From: Thermodesulfovibrionales bacterium
Lineage (GTDB): Bacteria; Nitrospirota; Thermodesulfovibrionia; Thermodesulfovibrionales; SM23-35
Reading direction: 5' to 3'
NCBI GenBank assembly: GCA_963715195.1
Contig: CAVQRT010000031.1
Location: 224,001-288,000, forward strand
DNA length: 64,000 bases
Part shown: one piece after another, positions 42,326 through 51,510 of the stretch
Numbering within the stretch: position 1 is the first letter of the stretch
How the letters are laid out: every line of letters begins with the position of its first letter
Position numbers and translations under genes: made by a program
Notes under the pieces: model-generated
Seen by the model: the letters and a program-made list of their open reading frames with translations, nothing else
What the model was told of the DNA's origin: nothing
Database searches by the model: none

Positions 42326-43937
42326 GCGGCATGTAATCCTGGTATGTCAGGGGACGGGCTGCGTTTCAGGAGGGTCAGAACATATCTTTTCAGCCCTGAA
42401 AGATGCTTTGGAAACATCGGGGAATGGAAAAGACATCCTTGTAAAACGCACAGGCTGCCATGGTTTCTGCCAGCAAGGCCCTCTTGCTGTTGTCGAGCCA
42501 CAAGGTATTTTTTACACAAAAGTGACAAGAGAGGATATCCCTGAAATCTTGCAGTCTATTTCATTAGGAGGCAAACCGTTGGAGCGCCTCTTATATCGTG
42601 ATACATTTACGGATAAACCAATCCTCCATTACCATGATATTCCTTTCTACTGGAAACAGCAGAGAACCATATTGAAATACTGCGGCAGCATTGACCCTGA
42701 AGACATCGATGATTACAGCGAGGTCGGGGGATACAGAGCTCTGCAGAAGGCAATCTCTGCAATGTCTCCTGAAGACATTATTGGAGAAGTAAAGGAATCG
42801 GGACTGAGGGGACTTGGTGGCGCGGGTTTCCCCACCGGCCGCAAATGGGAATCCTGCCGAAATGTGCCCGGAGATATCAAGTACGTAATCTGTAATGCTG
42901 ACGAAGGCGACCCGGGAGCGTTCCAGGACAGATCAGTTATGGAAGGCAACCCTCACTCGCTTATCGAAGGTATGATCATTGCAGCCTATGCAATAGGAGC
43001 TCAACGAGGTTTTGTTTATGTGAGGGCAGAGTATCCCCTTGCTGTCAGCCGCCTAAAAATTGCTATCGACCAGGCACAGAAAGCAGGTTTTCTGGGTGAC
43101 GACATTGTGGGCAGAGGTTTCAGTTTTCATATCGACATCTTTCAGGGAGCAGGGGCCTTCGTATGCGGTGAATCGACGGCTCTGGTGCGCTCAATCGAAG
43201 GAAAGAGGGGTATGCCCAAGCCAATGCCCCGTCCGAGGACTACCGAGGAAGGATTATGGAATAAACCGACCCTTCTTAATAATGTCAAAACATTTGCAAA
43301 TATACCGTTGATCATCATGAACGGTTCAGAATGGTTTTCGCAGAGAGGGACAGAGAAAAGCAAGGGCACAGCCGTATTTTCTCTCACGGGAAAGGTGATG
43401 AACTGCGGCCTTATAGAAGTGCCCATGGGAGAAACGTTGCGGAAAATCATATTCGATATCGGGGGAGGAGTTTTAGGCGGCAAGTCCCTGAAAGCAATTC
43501 AGACCGGAGGGCCATCGGGCGGGTGCCTGCCTGCACACATGATAGATATGCCTGTTGATTTCGACTCGCTCACAAAAGCAGGTTCGATCATGGGTTCCGG
43601 AGGGCTTGTCGTGATGGATGAGGATACCTGCATGGTCGATGTTGCACGATACTTTCTTGATTTTAACCAGAGGGAATCCTGTGGCCAGTGCATCCCCTGC
43701 AGGATCGGTACCCGGCAGATGTTCGAGATCCTTGAAGAAATCACAAGAGGGAATGGACGGCCCGGGGATATCGACCTGCTCCTTGAATTAAGCAGCTCAA
43801 TAAAACAGAGTTCGATATGCGGACTCGGCAAGACAGCCCCAAATCCTGTTGTCACAACGATTCGGTATTTTCGGGATGAGTACGAGGCACACATTAAGGA
43901 GAAACGATGTCCTGCTGGTGTATGCAGGATGAATTGA
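42291..43937 (+). CDS. NuoF/HydB-like FMN/NAD(H) subunit
   Basis: N-terminal thioredoxin-like 2Fe-2S, GLGGAGFP, NADEGDPG, GGPSGG, CGQCIPC, CPAGVC; no C-terminal 2x[4Fe-4S]. Confidence 0.92.
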   Translation: MAKMTEEKGLNKRHVILVCQGTGCVSGGSEHIFSALKDALETSGNGKDILVKRTGCHGFCQQGPLAVVEPQGIFYTKVTREDIPEILQSISLGGKPLERLLYRDTFTDKPILHYHDIPFYWKQQRTILKYCGSIDPEDIDDYSEVGGYRALQKAISAMSPEDIIGEVKESGLRGLGGAGFPTGRKWESCRNVPGDIKYVICNADEGDPGAFQDRSVMEGNPHSLIEGMIIAAYAIGAQRGFVYVRAEYPLAVSRLKIAIDQAQKAGFLGDDIVGRGFSFHIDIFQGAGAFVCGESTALVRSIEGKRGMPKPMPRPRTTEEGLWNKPTLLNNVKTFANIPLIIMNGSEWFSQRGTEKSKGTAVFSLTGKVMNCGLIEVPMGETLRKIIFDIGGGVLGGKSLKAIQTGGPSGGCLPAHMIDMPVDFDSLTKAGSIMGSGGLVVMDEDTCMVDVARYFLDFNQRESCGQCIPCRIGTRQMFEILEEITRGNGRPGDIDLLLELSSSIKQSSICGLGKTAPNPVVTTIRYFRDEYEAHIKEKRCPAGVCRMN

Positions 43938-43989
43938 ATGAGGCTAAGAAAGATGCTGTTGGCAGGAACAATAGAGAAAGGAGGTCGCA

Positions 43990-46677
43990 ATGGGTACGGT
44001 TACACTGAAGATTGATGATCAGGAAATCCAAACCTGGCAAGGTGCCACTATCCTTGAAACGGCTCTGGAAAATAAAATCTATATACCACACCTCTGTTAT
44101 CATCCGGACTTGAAACCTGCCGGAAGCTGCCGTATCTGCCTTGTGGAACTTGATAACGGCCGACTGGTGAATTCATGCAGGACCCCGGTAAAGGAAGGCA
44201 TGGTCATAAGAACAAAGGGGTCTGAAGTCGATGCAGTGAGGCTGCCGGTTATTGAAATGATTATTGCCAATCATCATATGGACTGCAAGCATTGCCTAAA
44301 AAAAGGGCGGTGCCAATTGCAGAAGATCATGGCATATATGAAGGTAGACAAAAAGAAAATTCAGGAGCGGATGAGACTGCCGAAAGCTGATATGCCACTT
44401 GATGAATCGAATCCTTTTTTTATCAGAGATCATAACAAATGTGTCATGTGCGGAATTTGTATACAGACCTGCAAAGAGATTGCAAAAGTTAATGCAATTG
44501 ATTTTGCCGGCAGAGGGATCCAGAGCAAAGTTGCTCCGTTTGCAGATAAGCCGATAACAGAATCCAGCTGCGTCTCATGCGGAGAGTGCGTAATCCGCTG
44601 CCCTGTTGGTGCGCTTGTTTTAAGGAATCCCAGGAAAGCTGTCACGTGGGTGAAATCTATCTGTCCATACTGCGGCGTCGGATGCGGCGTTCTTCTGGGC
44701 ATCAAGGATAATGAAATTGTTGAGGTGAGAGCTGATGCGTCGAGTGCGGTAAATTTCGGATGTCTTTGTGTAAAAGGTCGCTTCGGCATGGACTTTGTAA
44801 ATTCACCGGACAGACTAAGCTACCCAATGGTAAGACAGGAGCGAGGAAAAGGAACAGACAAAGCAGCAGGTAAGGGGAGTAACAGCGGGTTTCTCGAGAT
44901 TTCCTGGGACGAGGCACTCGATCTTGTCGCAAAAAATTTGAAAAAATATAAGGGTGATGAATTTGCTCTCATAGCGTCAACTAAGTGCACTAATGAAGAC
45001 AATTATGTGGCACAAAAGTTTGCAAGGGTCGTCATGGGGAGCAACAACATCGACACCTCAGCCAGACTCTACTATGGTCCGAACATCACTGCGTTGCGGA
45101 GTACGGGGAAATGTGTCGGGTTCAGTCCGCCAGACGACAGTGATGTCTTTCCGGTTCCGGCGAGACAAAATCCGGATCTGATCGAAAAGGCTGCCTGCAT
45201 ACTTGTTGCCGGGGCAAATATTACCCAGTCACATCCGATATTAGGCCTGAAAATAAAGAAAGCGATTGATAACGGCGCGAAGCTTCTCGTCATAAGCCCG
45301 AATGAGACTGAACTCTGCCGAAGTGCTGAAAAATGCCTTAACCCCTATCCCGGTTCAGAACTGGCTCTTATTATGGGCATGTGCAATGTGATTGTCGAAG
45401 AGGAATTGTTTGACAGTGCATTCACAGGTATGTATTGCAATAATTTTGAAGAATTCAAAGAAGCACTCGGCGATTTTTCCCTTGGGAGGGTCGAAAGAAT
45501 TACCGGGATTCCCCGTGATATGGTCGAAGAGTCTGCCCGGACTTACGCGCTCAGCAAACCTGCTGCAATCTTCTGGGGTGCAGGAATCACCCAATATAGT
45601 CACGGGACAGACAGTGTTTATGCTCTCATAAATCTTGCAATTCTTACTGCAAATATCAAACATTCCTTTGCACTGAATCCCCTCTCAGAACAGAGCAATA
45701 CCTTAGGGGCCTGCGATATGGGTTGCCTGCCTGACTATTATCCCTGCTATCAACCCGTTGGTTCGCCTGATATACAGGAACGATTTGAAGCTCTTTGGGA
45801 GTGTGCACTGAACCCGAAGCCCGGCCTTACCTTTACCGAAATAATAGATGCCACACTTGCAGGAAAAATCAAAGCACTCTATATTATTGGATCGAACCCG
45901 GCTGTGACAATCGCTCCATCGAAAAAGGTAAAAGCTGCGTTGAAGAAAGCTAAATTTGTTGTTGTCCAGGACTTGTTCCTGAATGAGACAGCTCAATATG
46001 CCCACGTAGTCCTTCCGGCGGCAAGCTTTGCCGAAAAAACCGGTTCCTTTACGAATACAGGGGCTGAAACACAACCCATAGAAAAAGCACTTGAACCCTT
46101 TGGGAATTCAAGGCCGGACTGGGAAATATTGTGCCGGCTTGCAGATAGAATGGACAGCAGAGGCTTTGCGTTTGCAAGCCCCGATGACATTCTGTCGGAG
46201 ATGGTGGCGCTTATCCAGAACCTGCCTGAAACAATAGGAAAGTTTAGTTTGTTCCCGCTGCAATACAAAGCTCCGGCAGAGGCCGCAGACATGGATTATC
46301 CTCTTGTCCTGACGAGAGAGAGAGATTGTTACGCAGATGGCGTCATGTCTGAAAAAGCGCATGGCCTGAGAGAGCTTGGGTTGACAAACTATCTTCAGGT
46401 AAATCCAAAGGATGCCGCAGATTTTGGGATCGCTGACGGAGAAGCAGTTCGAATCGTTTCCCGGCACGGGTCTGCAGAGAGCAAGGCATTATTGACAGAA
46501 TCAACTCCTGCAGGTCTCGCAGTCCTAAAAGAGGATCAAGAACACTTCAATTCGCTTTTGAATCCAGTTCTCGATGTAATATCAAGAACTCCTGAGATGA
46601 AAATGTGTTCAGTCAGACTTGAAAAAGTTAAGGGGCACAAAAAGAGACAAAAGAATCTTGCAGTGAAATATGCATAG
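43990..46677 (+). CDS. FdhA/NuoG-like Fe-S molybdopterin-oxidoreductase homologue lacking FDH catalytic residues
   Basis: Five Fe-S motifs present; ARLYYGP replaces ARL(C/U)H and SEQSN replaces RGQNN. Confidence 0.85.
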   Translation: MGTVTLKIDDQEIQTWQGATILETALENKIYIPHLCYHPDLKPAGSCRICLVELDNGRLVNSCRTPVKEGMVIRTKGSEVDAVRLPVIEMIIANHHMDCKHCLKKGRCQLQKIMAYMKVDKKKIQERMRLPKADMPLDESNPFFIRDHNKCVMCGICIQTCKEIAKVNAIDFAGRGIQSKVAPFADKPITESSCVSCGECVIRCPVGALVLRNPRKAVTWVKSICPYCGVGCGVLLGIKDNEIVEVRADASSAVNFGCLCVKGRFGMDFVNSPDRLSYPMVRQERGKGTDKAAGKGSNSGFLEISWDEALDLVAKNLKKYKGDEFALIASTKCTNEDNYVAQKFARVVMGSNNIDTSARLYYGPNITALRSTGKCVGFSPPDDSDVFPVPARQNPDLIEKAACILVAGANITQSHPILGLKIKKAIDNGAKLLVISPNETELCRSAEKCLNPYPGSELALIMGMCNVIVEEELFDSAFTGMYCNNFEEFKEALGDFSLGRVERITGIPRDMVEESARTYALSKPAAIFWGAGITQYSHGTDSVYALINLAILTANIKHSFALNPLSEQSNTLGACDMGCLPDYYPCYQPVGSPDIQERFEALWECALNPKPGLTFTEIIDATLAGKIKALYIIGSNPAVTIAPSKKVKAALKKAKFVVVQDLFLNETAQYAHVVLPAASFAEKTGSFTNTGAETQPIEKALEPFGNSRPDWEILCRLADRMDSRGFAFASPDDILSEMVALIQNLPETIGKFSLFPLQYKAPAEAADMDYPLVLTRERDCYADGVMSEKAHGLRELGLTNYLQVNPKDAADFGIADGEAVRIVSRHGSAESKALLTESTPAGLAVLKEDQEHFNSLLNPVLDVISRTPEMKMCSVRLEKVKGHKKRQKNLAVKYA

Positions 46678-46700
46678 GAAAAGTCCCTTGAACAGGGTCC

Positions 46701-47690
46701 ATGTGTAGCTTTATGAATAAAACCATGATTGCAATTCTGAAAATTCTGGAGCAGCATGAGGATACCATCCTTGGCTCAAGAGGGATTTCAAGACAATTGA
46801 AACAACATGGGATTGAACTTACGGAGAGAACTGTGCGTTATCACCTGAGAATTCTCGATGAGCGGGGGTTTACCAAAGTATTTGGCAAGGAAGGAAGGAT
46901 GATAACACAGAAAGGAAAAGTCGAGCTTTCGCATGCGTTAGTGTCTGACAGAATCGGTTTTGTTATCAGCAGGATCGAAAGTCTTTCGTATCTGACAAGC
47001 CTTGATCTCGAAAAAAACGAAGGCGATATCATTCTCAATGTATCGTATTTTCCCGAAAAAAATCTGAAGGAAGCATTGCGGATAATGAGGCCGGTCTTTC
47101 TGTCGCCGTATGTTATGTCTGACAGGGTTATCATGAAAAGGGGAGGAGAGAAGATCGGAGATGTCCCGGTCCCGGATGAACAGGTTGGTTTTGGCACCGT
47201 CTGCAGTGTAACCATCAACGGTATATTCCTCAAGTCAGGTATCCCTGTTATATCGAAGTTCGGTGGTGTCTTGCAGATAGAGGAAGCTGAACTGTCGAGA
47301 TTTACTGCACTGATCAGTTACGAAGGTTCATCATTGGACCCGCTCGAAATATTTATCAAGAGCAGGATGACGGATGTCTTGGGTGCAGTTAGAAATCGCT
47401 CCGGGAAGATTCTCGCCAGTTTCAGAGAAATACCGGTGGTAAGCATCGAAAAAGCGGAAGAACTCTGGAACGAATTGAGAAAAAATGGCATACGGGGTAT
47501 TTTGCTCATAGGCAATCCCAACCAGCCACTTCTCGAGATGCCTGTTGGACTTGACAGGGCAGGGATGGTGATCGTTGGCGGACTGAATCCAATTGCTGCA
47601 CTTGAAGAAGCAGGGATTGCGACGGTAACAAAAGCAATGTCCACCCTCCACAGGTTCTCTGACCTTGTGAAGTTTACGGAACTTCTCTAA
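46701..47690 (+). CDS. nrpR: NrpR-type nitrogen repressor, copy 2
   Basis: Clear paralog of 38402..39376; start may be the ATG at 46713. Confidence 0.88.
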   Translation: MCSFMNKTMIAILKILEQHEDTILGSRGISRQLKQHGIELTERTVRYHLRILDERGFTKVFGKEGRMITQKGKVELSHALVSDRIGFVISRIESLSYLTSLDLEKNEGDIILNVSYFPEKNLKEALRIMRPVFLSPYVMSDRVIMKRGGEKIGDVPVPDEQVGFGTVCSVTINGIFLKSGIPVISKFGGVLQIEEAELSRFTALISYEGSSLDPLEIFIKSRMTDVLGAVRNRSGKILASFREIPVVSIEKAEELWNELRKNGIRGILLIGNPNQPLLEMPVGLDRAGMVIVGGLNPIAALEEAGIATVTKAMSTLHRFSDLVKFTELL

Positions 47691-48127
47691 GGCTCTTTGG
47701 ACTTTTCCAGGAAGTCTAAAATATAATCACAGTACTCGTGATAATCTTTTAAACAATCTGTGATTGAAGAATAAATGCTGTTATAATCAACGACGTCATA
47801 TTCATGAACCAGAATATTCCTTGTTCCAACACTTCGGGCTATTCGCCGGGCAAATTCTTCCGGGCAAATACCGCAATCGGCAAGCCTCAGGAAAGTCTCA
47901 GCATAATCCAGCGGAGGATTTGTATCTTTTGTTGATAGCTCTGAAATCAAATGATGATTTATATCAATAGCACGGTTGATAATTCTTTCCAGATACCGCT
48001 CAAGGGCTGCTTGTTTGATGAAGTCACGTGTTATTTCTTGCAAAGAATATTTGGCTAAGTCAGCGAGATGAACGAGTTCATTCTGAATAAGGGTTATTTT
48101 CCTTAAAATAAAGTTTTCCCTTATCAT
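47687..48127 (-). CDS. hepT: HepT-like HEPN RNase toxin (DUF86)
   Basis: RNILVHEY R-x4-H-x-Y motif. Confidence 0.88.
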   Translation of the reverse strand: MIRENFILRKITLIQNELVHLADLAKYSLQEITRDFIKQAALERYLERIINRAIDINHHLISELSTKDTNPPLDYAETFLRLADCGICPEEFARRIARSVGTRNILVHEYDVVDYNSIYSSITDCLKDYHEYCDYILDFLEKSKEP

Positions 48128-48573
48128 CTTGTCGCGGCTATCATTTCTTTTAATATCTTCTGCCGTTTTTTGATAAGAAATTTCTCAAGCGCAAAAAGAG
48201 GCTGAGAGTCGATATATTCTTTGAAGGCAAAAGCTTTATGTGCAGCATATTCATCCTCGTCACCATAGAGTAAAATCCCTGATGAAATAACTTCGTATCT
48301 ATGAAATGTATTAACCTTATTGAGATTTGTTAAATCTATTTTATTATCTGGGATACCGAACAGATCTGATAAAAAATGTAAGAGCTCAATATAATTGTTG
48401 AAATCAGCTATATTTCCTTTCTTTGTCGTTAATACTGCCACATCATAATCACTTTCTTCACGGACAGTTCCCATAGCCTGAGAGCCGAAAAGAACAAGAA
48501 ATTTGATCCCATGTTCGATTGCATATTGTTCAATATTTTCTTTATTGATTTCCATGAGTTTAATGTAGCACAT
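48124..48573 (-). CDS. mntA: MntA-like minimal nucleotidyltransferase antitoxin
   Basis: LFGS...SDYD motif; 4-nt overlap with hepT. Confidence 0.88.
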   Translation of the reverse strand: MCYIKLMEINKENIEQYAIEHGIKFLVLFGSQAMGTVREESDYDVAVLTTKKGNIADFNNYIELLHFLSDLFGIPDNKIDLTNLNKVNTFHRYEVISSGILLYGDEDEYAAHKAFAFKEYIDSQPLFALEKFLIKKRQKILKEMIAATR

Positions 48574-48677
48574 AAGCGATGAAACAGCAAAACATACCCC
48601 GCAGCTTTACAACGGTTTGCATTTTTTATCAATAATTTACTATGCTTAATTATTAAACATTGGGAGGTAAGAAAGGC

Positions 48678-49025
48678 ATGACGATTACTGATAAGGCTGC
48701 TGAAAAGGCTCTGGCCATCCTGACCGGCGAAGGCAAAGCGAACTGGGGGTTGCGGATATTTGTAGCAGGAGAAAGCTGCTGCGGCCCGTCATTCGGTCTC
48801 GATATGCAGGAAGAGCAGAGGCCTGATGATGAAGTTTTAGAGAAGAACGGTTTGAAGGTTTTCTTGGACAAACACACCATGTCAACGCTCACCGGAAGAG
48901 AGCTTGATTATTATGTCGGGGAAGAGGGTGAAGGGTTCGTCTTCACCGGGGGCGTCTCTACGTGCGGCACCGGAAGCTCTGCATGCGGCACCGGCGGTTC
49001 GGGCTGCAGCTCCTGCGGCGAGTAA
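48678..49025 (+). CDS. HesB/IscA-family Fe-S carrier-like protein
   Basis: ITDKA, GLRIFV, CCG, Cys-rich tail. Confidence 0.82.
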   Translation: MTITDKAAEKALAILTGEGKANWGLRIFVAGESCCGPSFGLDMQEEQRPDDEVLEKNGLKVFLDKHTMSTLTGRELDYYVGEEGEGFVFTGGVSTCGTGSSACGTGGSGCSSCGE

Positions 49026-49034
49026 GACAGAGCG

Positions 49035-50006
49035 GTGTTCCCCGTTCATCGTCCGCGAAGACTCAGGAAAAATGATACGATCAGGAGAATGGTGAGGGAA
49101 ACCTCACTGTCTCCTGATCATTTTGTATATCCTCTTTTTGTTACCTCCGGCAAAGGCACACGGAAAGAGATATCCTCTATGCCCGGGTGTTATCAAGAGT
49201 CTATCGATACCGTAGCCAGGCATGCTAAGGAAGTCTTTGCGCTCGGCATTCCAGCGGTGATACTCTTCGGCATTCCCGAACACAAGGACGAGACCGGCTC
49301 GGGTGCATATGATGATCAGGGCGTCGTTCAGAAGGCTATCAGGTCAATAAAGAATAAGGTACCTGAATTGTTTGTCGCCACCGATGTTTGTTTGTGCGAA
49401 TATACAAGCCACGGCCACTGCGGAGTCATAAAAAATGGTGATGTGCAGAACGATCTAACCCTTGAATTGCTGGTGAAGGAAGCGGTTTCCCACGCGAAGG
49501 CCGGTGCTGATATGGTCGCTCCATCGGATATGATGGACGGAAGGGTCGGCACAATCCGCGCCGCCCTGGATGAAGAGGGATATGAAGAACTCCCGATTAT
49601 GTCCTATGCCGCGAAATATGCATCGGCGTTTTACGGCCCGTTCAGAGATGCTGCCGAATCAACTCCCCAGTTCGGCGACAGGCGCTCATACCAGATGGAT
49701 CCTGCCAACAGGAGAGAGGCCTTGAAGGAGGTGGCGCTTGATGTTCAGGAAGGTGCCGATATTGTTATGGTGAAACCCGCACTTGCATATCTTGACGTTA
49801 TCTCAGATGTTAAGGACGCTTTTGATGTCCCCGTGGCAGCCTACAATGTGAGCGGAGAATATTCACTCGTAAAAGCTGCCGGAAAACTCGGGTGGATAGA
49901 TGAGCAGCGTGTCATGATGGAGATACTTACCTCGATTAGGCGTGCAGGGGCTGATCTCATACTTACCTATTTTGCAAAAGAAGCCTCAAAAATTCTCAAT
50001 AAATAA
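49035..50006 (+). CDS. hemB: Porphobilinogen synthase (Zn-type)
   Basis: [27 protein letters not shown]. Confidence 0.97.
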   Translation: MFPVHRPRRLRKNDTIRRMVRETSLSPDHFVYPLFVTSGKGTRKEISSMPGCYQESIDTVARHAKEVFALGIPAVILFGIPEHKDETGSGAYDDQGVVQKAIRSIKNKVPELFVATDVCLCEYTSHGHCGVIKNGDVQNDLTLELLVKEAVSHAKAGADMVAPSDMMDGRVGTIRAALDEEGYEELPIMSYAAKYASAFYGPFRDAAESTPQFGDRRSYQMDPANRREALKEVALDVQEGADIVMVKPALAYLDVISDVKDAFDVPVAAYNVSGEYSLVKAAGKLGWIDEQRVMMEILTSIRRAGADLILTYFAKEASKILNK

Positions 50007-50294
50007 TTATCTGCATCAAAGTTTTCCTTGACGCTTCTTTCCCCAGGACTTAGCCCAGATTATTCATATACTGTGGTACCTTGACAGGACACAATATTGT
50101 CGCTCATTCTCGGTCTTCGACCTCCGAGGAATTTTGCCTCATTATTATTGAATACATAGTGTTTGAATATCTGCAAAATAAATCCGCTCAAACACTATGT
50201 CCTGTTAGTATCCAAGGAAATTTGTGAATTATATAGGTTAGAATGTAAGGGAAAATTTCATGCAATCATATTTATCATAGGAGGGAGGATTAAG

Positions 50295-51350
50295 ATGAAG
50301 AAGACGTCCATTATCCTGCTGTCAATGTTCGTTCTTATCGTGTCAGGGTTTCTTGCGCAGGGGTATTCTGAAGATGTCAAGAAGGAGGATTGTTTCTTCC
50401 TGTCGAGTCTTCATCATACGTCGAGGGGGATGGCTTACTGGTATGATAAAGCGAATGGCGGTCTTGAAACACTTACCGGCATACCGTATGCAAGTCCGAA
50501 ACTCGATTGCACTAACTGTCACGTAAAGTCATGTGACGTCTGTCATAAGACGGTAACCGAAGATAAGTTGTCTTACTCTGTTAAAGCAGCGCAGAATCAG
50601 GATGTCTGTCTGAATTGCCATAAACGGGAAAAGACTCTCATGAAGATTGATAAAGATGCCAATCAGGTTGATGTCCACGTGGACAAGCAGATGCGATGCA
50701 TGAATTGTCATAGAACGAGAGAAGTCCACGGTGACGGAAAGGAATATAATTCCATGAAGCAGCCTGGAGCGATCGATGCGAAATGCAAGAAGTGTCATCC
50801 GTCGGTTCCCGAAAGTATCTCACATGAGATTCACGGGGATAGGTTGGAATGTAACGCATGTCACGTCCGTCATGTTGTAAGCTGTCAGAACTGTCATATT
50901 GAGACCATTATCAATGAGCGGAAGCGCGTAGATATCAAAGTCTCCGGATGGTTGTTTCTGATGAATTACGAAGGTAAGGTAACATCAGCAAATACCCAGA
51001 CATTTGTGGTGCCGGGGAATAAGACCTTCATCTTATTTGCTCCACAGAACAGTCATTCGATCATGAGGGAGGGACGTAAGTGTGGTGACTGCCATGGTAC
51101 TGATATCGTCAAACAGGCTCAGAATGGTAAGGTGAAGCTGACTTGGCTTGAAAACAATGAATTGAAGAATCTTAAGGGTGTAATCCCTGTCGTTGAGGGA
51201 GTGGAATATGATTGTGTATATCAGGATTATAAAAACGGGAAATGGCTTCCCATCCAGAATCCACCATCACCTATGGTCCAATATAGCGGCTATGGCAAGC
51301 CCTTGACAAAGGATCAGTTGAAGAAACTGGCGCACCCGATGGGCAGGTAG
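50295..51350 (+). CDS. Periplasmic octaheme cytochrome c
   Basis: Signal peptide from ATG 50295 (GGAGG SD); 8 CxxCH motifs. Confidence 0.88.
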   Translation: MKKTSIILLSMFVLIVSGFLAQGYSEDVKKEDCFFLSSLHHTSRGMAYWYDKANGGLETLTGIPYASPKLDCTNCHVKSCDVCHKTVTEDKLSYSVKAAQNQDVCLNCHKREKTLMKIDKDANQVDVHVDKQMRCMNCHRTREVHGDGKEYNSMKQPGAIDAKCKKCHPSVPESISHEIHGDRLECNACHVRHVVSCQNCHIETIINERKRVDIKVSGWLFLMNYEGKVTSANTQTFVVPGNKTFILFAPQNSHSIMREGRKCGDCHGTDIVKQAQNGKVKLTWLENNELKNLKGVIPVVEGVEYDCVYQDYKNGKWLPIQNPPSPMVQYSGYGKPLTKDQLKKLAHPMGR

Positions 51351-51403
51351 GTAACGGCTACTTCACAAACAATTATATAGAACGACTTAATACCAATGCA
51401 GCT

Positions 51404-51485
51404 TGTCATTCCGGCTTGACCGGAATCTTTCTGAAGAAGAGGGATTCCCGACCTCCCGAAAGCATTCGGGATTGCGGGAATGACA
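51404..51485. repeat. REP-like palindromic element between convergent genes
   Basis: TGTCATTCCGG..CCGGAATC...GATTCCCG..GGGAATGACA. Confidence 0.7.
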
Positions 51486-51510
51486 TATGAGTAATGTCGT
51501 AATGTGAAAA

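Noticed and set aside
45061..45140. Selenocysteine/SECIS in the FdhA-like gene
   Set aside because: The ligand codon is TAC, not TGA, and the ORF has no in-frame TGA
41846..46677. Respiratory complex I or hydrogenase
   Set aside because: No nuoA-D/H-N nearby and no H-cluster or NiFe motifs
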